DNA of 64,000 nucleotides from Vicugna vicugna (taxonomy: Eukaryota): contig MU058198.1 of the NCBI GenBank assembly GCA_013265495.1, forward strand, positions 3,298,419 to 3,362,418, in the 5' to 3' direction. A program made the position numbers and the translations under genes. This document shows, piece after piece, positions 50,547 to 64,000 of this stretch. Position 1 is the first letter of the stretch; each line of letters starts with the position of its first letter. Under the pieces are notes generated by a model that ran no database searches, was not told the origin of the DNA, and saw only the letters and a program-made list of their open reading frames with translations.

Positions 50547-53500
50547 AAAACTTTGAACCTTGACATTTCTTACTTGGCTACCATTTTTTAAAAATTGACA
50601 GTAACGCATGCACTTGATAGAGTAATTTCAAGTGGTGGGTAGGTCTCAGCTCTCCTAGCTTTCCCACCCCAGCCCTGTTCCATCCCTGCAGGAAGTAGGA
50701 GTCACTTTAGGCTTAAGCAGTAAGAGGCCATCCCACGAGCAGAGGGTCCTTATTCCCCATTACATCCCTTACCAGAGGAAAGGGGAATCTGCAATGGGAA
50801 CTCAGCAGCAGGAGGGAGCCAGCCCGGGGGAAGCACCTTGCAAATCCACTGCAGCCCCAGGTTTCCAGCCTGGTATTTTTCTTGCATTCTTGCTCATTAT
50901 CTGTCATCTGCTTGGGTATCCCACAAACAAACCCAGCATGTCTCAAACTGAAATTACATCCCTCTTGAGTCTGATCCTCCCCGCTCCCTCCTTCAGACAG
51001 CAGCTCACCCAGCACCAGCAGCCCAAGCCCTAAACTTGGGAGATCCTCCGTCATCTGACCCAGTACCACCCGTCTCTATCCCAGCCTCCAAGCCTGCACC
51101 TTTCTCTTGGGTTCTTCTCATAACCACCAGGCTCATCCCCTTCAGTTTACTCTTTGCATGGCCGCCGGCCATTGAGCTCAAGTGTATCTGTCGGTCCTGC
51201 AGAAAATCCTGTCGCTCCTACTGCTGACAAGTTCCTCACCAGACGGTAGGTGCTTTCTGTGATCTGATCCCGGCCATAGCTTTAACCACAGGCCACCCCA
51301 CCTGTGAGCTCGCACTCTAGCCGTAGCCCAGACTGAGGTCCCGCCTCCCGTTTGTGCCCTCCTGCTGGAGCCCATCTCCCGTGCCTGCCGCGGGGCTGAC
51401 CCCAGCAGCCTCGGGCTCCTCCGCTCAGGCTTCCTGGCCTGGGCTCGCCTTGCCTAAGAGTCAGCTTCTCAGCGTCTGCTGAACTACTCCCAGTCTTCCC
51501 AGACTTTTAGTACTTTTTTCATTTACTGTACAATATGTGGTATTTATAATTTCAAAAATACGATTAACAGAAATAAGCCAATATACTTCTACCATGTGGT
51601 GGTAATCGTTAATATTTTTGTATGTGTTTTATAGAAATGGAATCATACTGTTTATAATCTATTTTCGCTTTAAACACCAATCTTGCATTGTGTAAAATTG
51701 TTTCAGTTTAACCAGTCCCATGTTGTTGGATATCCAATTGTATGCCATCAATATACTTTTTGTTAATATGTATCATGTTGAATTTTCTTTTTATTTTGAC
51801 GAATTTCTAACAGAATAGTTGAAAGAATAACACGAACAGGGATATACTGGTCACCAGTTATATTTTGCTACTTTCTCTTTTTTCTCTGAACCATCTGAAA
51901 GTCAGCTGCAGACATCTTGATGCTTGCCTAAGTGCTAAGCATCTCCGAGAATAAGGTTAGTTTAACCACTGCATAACACTGTTACTATATCTAAGAAATT
52001 TAACATTGTCTTATCACCTGTATACAGTCCAGTGGTCCTCAAAATCTTTGTTTTCTTCCCCAGTCCTTTCAAGTTTCACATTTCCCATGAAGTTGACATG
52101 TCTCTGGTCTCCTTTGATTCGTACCTTGTCCTTTTTGTCCCATGTCATTGATTTGTTGAAGTCCCACCTCTGGATTTGTTCCCTCCTGATCAGATTCAGG
52201 TTAAACAATTCTAGCAGGAACACCTCAGAGGTGGCATGTGCTGCTCATTCATCCGTCAGGAACAGCACAGTGCTGGCTGTTTTCGGTGATGGCTGCGTGG
52301 GAAGCGTCACGTGAATTTTAACCATCTCCCTTCCCGGTTGGGAGCTTCCTGCCAGCAGGGACACCGTTTATCGTTGTGTCTCGAGGCCCCACCTGGGAGA
52401 GCATCCCACACGTGGTGGCACGTCGTCGTTGCACTGGGAGAATGAGTGCCCTGGCTGTCTGGGAGGCAGGGTGCAGAGAGTGATGTGGCTGAGCTGGAGA
52501 TGGGGCCGGAAGCGGGTCCCCACAGGCCTCCCAGCCACCCTCCCACAAAGGGACCTGCCTACAGCAGACACAGATCCTCGGAGGCACTTATGGGAGGCCA
52601 TTAAATGCTACATGCACTGAATCCTGTTTATTCTAATTCACACACTTTGGAATGCTCCTTACTTATAGTGGCACACAGGGCTCTCAGAGAACATTCCAGC
52701 AAGTTTTTAGAGCAGAAAGGCCTTTGCTATTGTTTGTTTGAACACCCAGATCCCAAAAAGCATTATCAACGAATTGTGTGTGTGATTCAGTAAATTTTTT
52801 TCCTTCATTGTGGCTCCTCCGGGACTTAAAGCAGCTGCTGAATGATGTGAATGGGCCATTTCACTGCAGGTGTGTGAAGATGTTAGCAAAGCAATCACTT
52901 TAGTGGCAGGACTGCTAGATTTCATGATCTTAGGCAGCAACAAACACAGATGTGGTTTCTGGCAAAATGTGTAGCTGCCATGGGGGTTAAAATAGTCAGA
53001 AGACCACTTACCCCAGGTGTTTAAATTATGGTACATTCCAGTCAAAGGAGCCACATGCAGACCGTTTTGTTTCCTATTGGATCTCTAGTGCCCAATAAGC
53101 ACTCAGACTATTTGTTGAACAAAATGTAGTTGTGAGAAAGAATGAGGCAGCTCCTTAGGCTCCAGTTTGGCGGTTTTCCAAGAATGTCTTGCTAAGTATT
53201 ACAAAAAATAGAAGGTGCAGTGTAACAGGGATTGCTTATCACTGAAAAAGGAGGGAAGTACGCTGCCTACTACGTCTGCAATTCTAGTGCCACACGGAAG
53301 GATCACTGGGTCCCTGCAGGGAGGGGAAGCAGCGCAGTGCGGCTGAGTCCCAGACCTGACTGTGAGTCCTGCCCCCTCATCCCTCAGCCATGAGGTCCTC
53401 TGCCAGCTGAGGGTCACTCAGCCGCCCCTCCGCCTTTAAGATGCTACTTTGTACTTACTGACAAGACCTTGGTCTCCTCTCTCCCACAGACTAGAACTCT

Positions 53501-54039
53501 CAGTAAAAGTAGGGCAACTGTTTTATGGTAGGTCTCTCAAATTAAATCTCAACAAGGGTGAGGCAGCTGCCTACATCAGCTCCAGAGAGCTGACGCGGTG
53601 CTGGGAGTGAGAGGGGCAGAGGTAGCACTCACTGATGCATGTCACTGATGTATGACAAACGGGCACAATGCCACAGTGACCTTCCAGGAGAAAAGAGAAC
53701 CTTGTAGTCTCCAAAATTATTAAATTCCATTACTTTAGAAAGAGATCCTTAGGACAGGAATGGGAAATTAGTCTCACACACTGGTGTCAGCTCATACATG
53801 GGATAATCAATAAACTAATGCAGGCACAAAATTTTTTGAGGCAAAAAGTCCTTTTATCACTAATACATTCATTCCTCATACTGAAGGTAATGGGAGACAA
53901 ACTTATTTCAAGTACCCTGCTAAAAAAGTTACATTTTTGATATGCATGATACCAATGGCAAATCAGACAAATCTTTAAAAATACTAAGCAATGTCAATAT
54001 AAAAGCACTTTACAGACATAATTTAAAAAACAAGACGGC

Positions 54040-54211
54040 AGAACTGTTGGTTTTATAGATTTATTTTCAAAGGGCAAAAACACTTAAGACAACTTAAATA
54101 CAAGTCTGAACAGAACCCCTCTGTCCAAGTCAGCAGTGCTGCACAAATGCGTTCTCACTTGCAGACGCTTGCCAGCATCTTCCGAGTCTTCTCTCAGGAA
54201 TGAAAAGGGCT
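54040..54211 (-). other. NDUFAB1: NDUFAB1 non-coding last exon (3' UTR) with AATAAA at 54060-54065; 3' end approximate
   Basis: Acceptor cttgtcttgtctttgccag at 54212 on the minus strand; matching GTAAAT donor at 54954; AATAAA followed by GT/T-rich sequence. Confidence 0.75.
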
Positions 54212-54962
54212 CTGGCAAAGACAAGACAAGTTCAGTGTTTCTCTCCACTGTTACTGCCTTTAACTGATGATCTCTGAGGTGCTAAGTCCAGGGTAACTAG
54301 AGTTACAGACACTAATACGTTTTATCTTAAAAGTCTGACCACCTACTTACTCTGCCGCCTAGGGAACAGCTCCACTACATCAAGCACTGAACTGAGTGAC
54401 TCTCACACACTATTCAATTTTACCTTCACAAAAGCCCCAGGCTTGTCCTCTCATCCCCATTTTACACACGAGGAAACTGAGGCTTACAGAGGCTCAGCAG
54501 CCTGCCCAAGATCACCAGGCTTGCAGAATGTGGCAGAGCCGAGAATCAACTCAGGTGTCTGGTGCCGGAGTCCATCTTCTTACCCATGAGGCCTCTCCTG
54601 CCTAATTAAGGGCCAGGCCATCTCAGCCTCCTGGACAGCAGGTGGGGCAGGCCTTGGGTGGGTAACTTGGGGAGGCAGAGGTCTCTGCGTCTGGGTTACC
54701 CTGCTCAGTTTTTGTGCAAGGAGGGCTGACAAGAGTCCTGTCCAGGAATGAACTGCTGTCAACAGCTCTGGAGGAGAAAGGTGATCACTAGGGCTGGCCC
54801 CCGTGGAGTGGCAGATACCCAGAAGGTGCCTGCATCTTATAACCAGTGAAAATCTGTCAGGTACTTCCATTTTTCAATTTCTCCCCAAGACTTTCTTTAT
54901 CAAAGAGAGAGAAATTCTATGGGAGAACATAATTGCATAAGTCAAATTATTTACCTGTTATT

Positions 54963-55067
<105 letters not shown>

Positions 55068-55943
55068 TTATGACAATGTGTGAGTGTAGAAAAAGCAAAT
55101 CCTTTAGAACTGAAAGCATCTAACACTTTGGCAACACCTACAAGCACAGCAAAAATTTCCAGCAATCTTGACCCTCATTTAAGTTGTGAGCATGTTCCTG
55201 ACAATGTATTTTTTAGATATAATTCACATAATAGAAAATTCCCCCCATTTAAAGTGCAAAATTCAGTGGTTTTTAGTATATTGACAAGGTTGTGCAACCA
55301 TCATCGTGATCTAATTCTAAAGCATTTTCACTACCCCAAAAAGAAACCCTGTACCCATCCTACCCCTAATCGACACCCTCCCTCTTGTTAGCAGGGTCCC
55401 CGAGGAATTTTAACTAAATTCTGCTCTGTAGGATGGAACAGAAGTCCCTTGGCTTCCACTTAGGCAATTCATCCCCAGAATGAGCCGTGGGACCTTATAA
55501 AGGTCTCACTTACACAACTAACCATCCCAGACAAGGGTAACTAGGAGCGTGCACGGGAGACGCTGCAGGGAACCAGGGTGTGTGTACAAGTGTGTGCAGG
55601 CGCGCATCCTGCCCTCGGCATGCCCAGCACTTCTCCAGCGCCGACATTTGGGCCTAGCTCATGGGGGCGCCAAGGTGTCTTCAGCTTCGCCACAGGTGAG
55701 GCTCTGCCCGTCATCTCAGAGCCCCACCCTGAGAACCTCAGTCCACACCCTCCTAGGCCTTTCCTGGTCACTCAGCCCAGGTGCCACACCGGGTGTTCTG
55801 CCAGACCCGCAGTAAGCGCTTTCCGAGTAAGTGCCCTGTGCCTAATACTCACTTCACTTGATGGTAAGCAGGTGTGTGTGTGGGGGGTCACTACTATTTC
55901 AAACCCCAATTCAGACTCCCAGCATTTCTTTGCATTTAAATCA

Positions 55944-56102
<159 letters not shown>

Positions 56103-56204
56103 TCAGTCCATGAGAGCATTTGCTTCTCAAAATAACTGAATGGTACACTATCAGTTAATAATTATATAGAAGATCTTTTTTAAATATAAAGAAGCCATAT
56201 TTTA

Positions 56205-56291
56205 TTTTATTTTATTTATTTAATTTTTTTAATTTGAAGAGTTTATTTGAGTGAAGGTCAGCTGGAATTGGGGAGAGCCAACCCAGGAGCC
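56205..56291 (-). mobile_element. Short polyadenylated retro-insert flanked by an 18-bp target-site duplication
   Basis: taaagaagccatatttta at 56187-56204 and 56292-56309; the insert has a minus-strand AATAAA (56242-56247) followed by an A-rich tail. Confidence 0.8.
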
Positions 56292-56789
56292 TAAAGAAGC
56301 CATATTTTAAACATAAAGAGCCATAACTAACATACATTTAACCTGTGCCAGGATATATTGTGGGGTGCTTCTGTGTTAACTTATTCAACCTGATTTTGAA
56401 CTGGTTAACAATATACATAAAGCTAATGATGGATTCACCATATATTTCACAAAGACCTTTGATCACTGTTCTGAATGACATCTGAGAGTCTGTGCGGCTC
56501 TTCTTGCTGCCTGACCGACAGCTAGGATACCACACCTCAGAAGTGACATACCCTCCCCCAAGAATAGCGCACAGTGTCTGTTATCACTCTGGCTTTAATT
56601 CAGACCTCCAGATCACCAGGAAGAATTTTCCAAAAACCACATCAGAATCTAACCTACCAACACCACAGATTCAGGTATTAAAGGAGTTTTTTAAGGTACC
56701 ACTGTGAGAAAAACTCCAAGAGTGAAGTTAAAGCAGAACAGTGTTTACAGTATGCTACCACTCGTGTTTCTTAAAAACTGTGGGAGACT

Positions 56790-56876
56790 GGGGGGAGGGG
56801 GTATAGCTCCGCGCTAGAGCATGTGCTTAGCATGCACGAGGTCCTGGGTTCAATCCCCAGTCCCTCCATTAAAAAA
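56790..56876 (+). mobile_element. tRNA-Ala-derived SINE (Vic-1-like)
   Basis: ggggggagggggtatagctcc...gtgcttagcatgcacgaggtcctgggttcaatccccagtccctccattaaaaaa; gtgggaga on both flanks. Confidence 0.85.
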
Positions 56877-57064
56877 GGGGTGGGGGTGGTGGGAGATACA
56901 GGTCACAGTACATATAATATACATACACTGAGAATCTCTGGAAAGATACAAAGCCAGGTCCGCTGGCACCTCCCAGAAGGGGAAATGGGAGCCTGGGACC
57001 AGGGGTGATTGTTTACTGATTTTGTACCATATGATTAAATACTCATTTAAAGAAAAAACATTTA

Positions 57065-57202
<138 letters not shown>

Positions 57203-58869
57203 CTAGAGCGAGGGCAGGAGGGAGGCATCACTGTTGAGCCCAAAATGCCTCGAAATAAAGGCACTGGCCTATAGACATCTTTTACAGAGCTTTCAGGGAT
57301 TTAGCGAACCCACCTCATCTGATTCTAACTGGCCTTTAGAACGCACCGAAGCCTAATGCTGGGTAGTGTCAGAAGCCCGAGCAGTTCAACAGCATAAAAA
57401 TGGACTTCCTTCCCCACTGAGCCACGAGTGGCCCCTTCTCGCCTCTAATCAGCCCTCAGGCTTTGGACATTTGTCCTGCTCAGTGAAACTGCCACTAAAA
57501 TCATTGAGGGTCTGCAGGAGAGCCCAAGGCTTGTCATGGCATCTCGAGCAGCCTGCTGCCTCTCTAAGGCACTGCCACCTTTAATACCTGAATCAAAATC
57601 ACCCATGCAAAGAGCCGTCAGACTAAACGAGCAACTCACACGGAGAACCATCCACCGGAAGGGTCTAATCTGGCCCCAGCAGTCATTACCCTGACTCTGG
57701 CCAGGACAAACGAAGCCAGCTACCAACCCACAGAGGATGAGGGCGCCCGATAGCCATTACATTCTGATCTACTTCCCTTCCAAGTGGGCTTGCCTTGTTG
57801 CCACCAACTAAATCTTTGCCACAATGGAGTAATACCTCAAATCTCTCTGCTCTTAGCCCCCTGGGTATTCAACTAGGTATTAGGGTCTTGCCTAGATTCC
57901 TTCACTGAATGTGCAAGGGGCGCCGAGTCACAGTCAGCGGACTGAGCGCTGTGGAAGGCACCACGCACAAGAGGAGATAACGAGACCGCTGTCTGGCACT
58001 TCTGCTCACTGTGAAGTCCCCAGCCTGAACTGGTTTGTTCACCTTCTAAAGTTGATTTCGAGCCTGAAGTTTGGAGTTCTTAGGGCATTTCCCCGTAGAA
58101 ACTGGGTTTTTTTGTTGGGGTTGAGGCCCCTGAGAGTCACAATGGTTTATGAAAAATCATAGTAAGAAACACTGCCAAATGAACCACATCAGTATACACC
58201 ATGTGTAAGAAATGTTTGTCTTGCAAAAAAATTCAGGTATTGAAATCAGGTTTAACTAGCAGGCTAAAGAGATTAGATGAATATTCTAAAGAGTATGTCT
58301 GGGGACTTTCAGAGCTTAGAGCACTTGTTCTTTTTTGCCTAAACTTATGGTCTCCCTTCCCTTGTGACAACAGCATGGGTTAGGGAGACTTCTGCTCTGG
58401 GAACATCACCAGGCCTACTTATCAACAAGGACCAGGAGACGTTTCCAAGGCACAAATAAAAGTGAAGCAGCAGAAAGGACTAAAGAGATAGAGCGAGAAG
58501 ACATGAGTTACCAGTGGTAACAGAAAAGAAATCTGAGGTGGGAGGATCTGACAGAGGCCACTGTGTGCGTATCAAGAAGTGGTAGGGAAGTGGAATTATT
58601 GCTGAGAACTGGGTGAGAGAAAGGGGAGGCTGCCATGTACATGGCGCCCAAGGGAGAGGAAGAGGCTGGTGAGGGCATGTCCGTAGGTAGCTATGCAAGT
58701 GGCCCACTAGGTCCCAGCACAGTCCCCTCAGCAGCACTGCAATGTGACTATAGGAGGTGGGCACGCGGTGACTGAATGAGATTAAAGGGGCTCCACCTGG
58801 AGACCACATGCCGGTCTAAATGGGAGGCTGTGGCAGGCTCAGCAGGAGGCAGGAAGGTGCAGCTGATGA

Positions 58870-59080
58870 GCACTCAGACCCTGGAACCAAGTACCCTGGC
58901 ACTAGCTTTCTTACTAGCTGTCTGGCCTTCAGCAAGTTATTTAACCTTTTTATTTCTCAGTTTCCTCATCTGTAAAATGGGCACAAACAACAGTACTAAG
59001 CTTACAGGACTGATGTGAGGCATCAATGAGATAACATAAGGGGCTCAGAACACTGCCTGGCACAGACTCGGTAAGTGCTG
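58870..59080 (+). mobile_element. MIR SINE fragment
   Basis: ttactagctgtctggccttcagcaagttatttaacc...ctcagtttcctcatctgtaaaatggg...cagaacactgcctggcaca. Confidence 0.75.
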
Positions 59081-61004
59081 TTTCGGGCTCTCTGGTAGGA
59101 TCAGGATGGCAATGACCTGCGAGTTTGACAGTCTGGCAGTGGTGTAGCCCCAAAGTACTTGATCTGACTCCTCCCCTCTCATGCCTTCACTTCCGGGCTC
59201 TTTACTGGTTTCTCATTATGTCAGGCTATAATACTGCCCCAAGCACTTCACAGATGCCATCTCCTTTAGAGCTAATAAGAAGCCCATTTTACAGATAAAG
59301 AAACTGAGAACGGTTAGGTATCTCACACCAGGTCTCCCAGAATGGCTTCCTGGAAGGTCTTACTGCCTCCCTCCTACAGGATCTCAGCCATTAAAAAAAA
59401 AAAAAAAGGTAAGAGTATGGACAAGCACTTGTGATAAGTACCCACAACAGCCAACATTGTTTGTTTATTGTTTTTCTTCAACATCTACACTTGACAATTA
59501 TATGCAACATAAATCACCTCCCACAGATTTCAGAGAAGGCACTGTTTGCAGGACTAGTAGAAATAAACCTGACACATTTCCATCAACATCCATCTTACTT
59601 CCACTGGGGTTCACCTCTGACTAAGGGAAACTCAGAGGAGCCTAGGTGGGTTTAAAGACCATCCCTACAAACTGCTACCTGGACAGCTCCACCAGGTAGC
59701 AGACATCTCAGCCTCACTTTGGAAATAAATTCCTCCAAATCACTTGCTCCATTCCTTCTCCAGCTCTAGCTGGAAACCTCAGAGCCAGCCTCCACTCTTC
59801 CTATTCCCTCACCATCATGTTTATTGGGTCAGCCAGCCTGGCTGACTGAGAGGAAAGGTCTCAAATATTCCTTCAGCAAATCTCATTTAATGTTCACTCC
59901 CTGTGACCCAGGCAGAGAACATCCACATTCCACAGTGGGGCACAATGCACCCTTCACCATATGCCTGCCGTCTTCCCGCCTCAACTCAGATCTCTCCCTT
60001 CCAAAGGCACCCTGAGGGTCAGTCAACCCTAAGAGTCGGGCTCCTCCCAGCCTCTGCATGTACCATTACATCCAGCCACGACTGCTTGAGCAACTGCTGC
60101 CTTCAACACTGGGGGGGTTAGTTAAGTCCTCTTTTTGCTTCTGCACTGTCCACGCACCTGTCCTCACAGTGTCTTTCTCTATTACGTGCCTGTCTCAGCA
60201 GCCTTCGAACTTCACCTTCTGTACCAAGCACTGTGCAGTGGGGCTGGAACCACAAAGATAAATAAGACATGACTCTCTACCCTCAGAGAAGCCTATGGTC
60301 CAGCAGAAAAGACCAATCCAAACAGATCGTTTCAGTTGTAATAAAAATGTGGCAAAAGCCATGTCAGAGGGATTTGTAGGCTGGTTCACTAACAAAAGTT
60401 GTCATTTGATCCTTGAGAGGCAGGGAAGGTGGAGCTACCAGACTTGCATTTAGCCAGGAAAGAGACAGGGACAGATTTTTCCACGAGGGAAGGACAGGCC
60501 AAGAAAAGGGAACGAGATGTAAGTGTAGTGTGTTGTGTGGGAAGAAATCAGTCCATGGTGCAGATTAAAGGCCAAGGTGGTGGAACACCGACATGGGCTC
60601 TGAGTCTGCAGATTTGTAGATTTGTCTTACTGGGGACTGAATGATGTGGACAGATCACAGCTCCAAATCCATCACCACTATGCATGTCAGTCTGGTTCCA
60701 GTCCCAGGAACAGGTGAGCTTTCCCTGCACAAATGCTTTGTCTTCATCTGGGTGCTGTGCCCCACCGAACTCTGGGAATTCTTTTTGTGCTCTGGCTCCC
60801 AGTTTATAGAGTCACGGCTGTCTGGGTCAAGTATAAGACTTCACGTCTTCATTTTAGGCCACTCCCTTGTTTTTCATACCCTCTATTTTATATTGTTATA
60901 TTTTATACTCAGGAAAGCTGCCTTAGCTCTAGAGACTAGTAACCCAACTTTAAGGTTCAGACTGACGCTTAGCGAGATTACAAGACTTGTCCAAAGTTTC
61001 GCTA

Positions 61005-61640
<636 letters not shown>

Positions 61641-62890
61641 CTCTTTTCCTAAACACCAATCGCTGACACAAGAAAGGAACTTATTTTTATTTACTGCCTC
61701 ACTGTTCAAACCCTTCAACAGCCCCTTCATGTGCAGAATGAAGTCCAGGTTTGTTAACATGCCTCACCAGCTCCCTGACTTCTGGCTTCCTGATTCCATT
61801 CCCTTTGGCATAATTATCTTGTAATACTGAGTTGACTGTAGCTCACACCATCCTGTCCCTGCGGCCTGGAATACCCCTTGCCTCTGCTCTGCCCTGTTTA
61901 CCCTGCAAGACTCAGCTACGTTGTCATTTTTCAAGCAGCTTTCCCTGCACCCCGCGTTGTGCTTGTCCATGGAGCTTCCATAGCAGCACTCTGAACACAC
62001 CCTTTAAGTTTAAAACGCAGTATTTAAATTGAATTAAATCAGTAACCTGTGCACTCTTGCAGGAAGGGGGCCTCCCAGCAATCATTTTCACATCTACTAT
62101 GTCAAGGATGTGCTCAGTGTTTGTTCTACTGTTACTGACTTAGCTCTACTCAGTTTTCTTAACTATTAAAATCAAGACAACATGTTTCTCAGGGTTCCTG
62201 AGTAAATTAAGTCTTTATGAAAAGCTCTCTATTATCTATGATGTGCCAGCAATGTATTCTTTCACTTGAAGTTAGAGAAAGTGAGGACAGAATTAGTATA
62301 GGAGAGAAACCTTTTATGCAGACGAATCAAAGGGCAGTAATGAAGTTAGCAAAAACCACCATAGTAATATCATAAAAGGTATCTTTAAAAGAGAAGTAAT
62401 AGTGCAAATAGTTATATAGATCATGAATACATACTCTCAGTATACTCAAGATAGGCCAATAAATACTTGTAAACTGGGATAAAACTTCCAATGATACCAG
62501 CAGATTAGGACTTTAAAAACTGCTGTCTCTCAAGCCACTTAGGCAAAGATGAAGATGATATACTCAGTACAGCTGTGTTGCTGACCCAACATGACTCTGG
62601 TAATAATGTTGGCACTGGTATCAAAAATGCACGTGAGAATGAAAAAGAATAACAGCATTTCTAAATTAGGATTTTTAATAGGCTTTGAATTGCTTTTAGG
62701 AGGTATGTGAAAATAAAGTATTACCAGCAACATAAAAGGTATACTGCATATTAGTATACTAAGTCAACTGAAATCTACTCTGCAAGCGTCATGGACTAAG
62801 TATTCTAGATGTAAATTAGTTCTTGTTTCTGAAAATGATCTTTATAGGATAGGAAAAAAATATGCCAAGCAGGATGTATCAAAATAAATA

Positions 62891-62896
62891 TTTATT
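62891..62896 (-). terminator. PALB2: Candidate PALB2 poly(A) signal (AATAAA)
   Basis: Minus-strand AATAAA ~265 nt after the PALB2 stop, with upstream TGTA and downstream T-rich sequence. Confidence 0.7.
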
Positions 62897-63160
62897 AACA
62901 TTTGAAGCTTTCTGTACACTTTTAAAAGCAAATGTGCAAATGTGAGGAATTACAAAAATCAATCCCAAACCCCTTTCCCCCAAAGTAAGTATAAACATTC
63001 AAGATCAGTAGTGCCCCCACCATCGGACTTTTCAGTCTGAATGAATACAAGTAATTATTTTAAATACCTTTCAGACAGTCTTCTTTAGAGTTACAACTCC
63101 AAGAAGTACAAAGAGGCCAAAAATATCCAGAACACCGTGTTTCCACCTTACCCTATCTTA

Positions 63161-63394
<234 letters not shown>

Positions 63395-64000
63395 TCACAT
63401 ATCAAAAAAAAAAAAGTCAAAACCATGCTCCCCAAAGCAACAAGAACAACAAAAATACTTGGAAATATCAATGCTTATATTTGCAATCCTAGGACGGCTG
63501 GCTATGATCAGTGCAGGCCCTGGCTATCTCTGATGCCCCCTGGTACCTTTGCACACCAGCTCCCAGTGGCCTTCCTTCCACTCTTCAACCAGCCAAACTT
63601 AGTTTTGCTCTTGCTCTTCCCTCTCCTTGGCAGGCTCACCCCAGATCTTAGCCTGGCTAGGTTCTGGCCATCGTTCCGGCCTGTCGCCTCCATAGAAAGG
63701 GGCCACCTAATCAGCAATCTCGAGAGTGCACACGCGCATACGCTCTGCTCCCTATCACGTCACCTCTTTTATCTTCACAGCGCTTTCCACTGTGTGAGTT
63801 TATCCTACTTCCACATTTGGTGGCTGTCTGTCCCAGAAAAATGGAAACATGATAAAGCAAAAATCTGGTTGCCTTTTTAGGACCGGGCTCTGCAGTCAGC
63901 TACCTGGGTTTGAATTCTAACAGAGTAAGACATGTGTGACCCTGGCAAGTTATTTAACTTCATCAGTAGAACAGGGATGTGATTATATGAGGACCCACTC

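Overview
Mammalian nuclear DNA, not a prokaryotic or viral locus. The window carries the conserved syntenic block GGA2 - EARS2 - UBFD1 - NDUFAB1 - PALB2 (human 16p12.2 order). I reconstructed the gene models by hand from GT-AG splice sites and reading frames: GGA2 coding exon 1 only (minus; the rest lies left of the window); complete EARS2 (minus, 9 coding exons, 1572 nt, 523 aa); complete UBFD1 (plus, 7 coding exons, 930 nt, 309 aa), head-to-head with EARS2; complete NDUFAB1 (minus, 4 coding exons, 471 nt, 156 aa, plus a non-coding last exon); and the last exon of PALB2 (minus). At least seven tRNA-Ala-derived SINE copies and no Alu, B1 or Bov-A elements suggest a camelid genome (inference). 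The remainder is intron and intergenic DNA with L1, MLT1 LTR, MIR and MER fossils. I found no convincing new biological system. The best leads are small: an 18-bp-TSD-flanked polyadenylated retro-insert in NDUFAB1 intron 2, a PALB2 C-terminus apparently one residue shorter than human, a possible LTR-donated poly(A) site for EARS2, and a nested transposon stack upstream of GGA2. Gene and repeat family names come from recall, not database searches.
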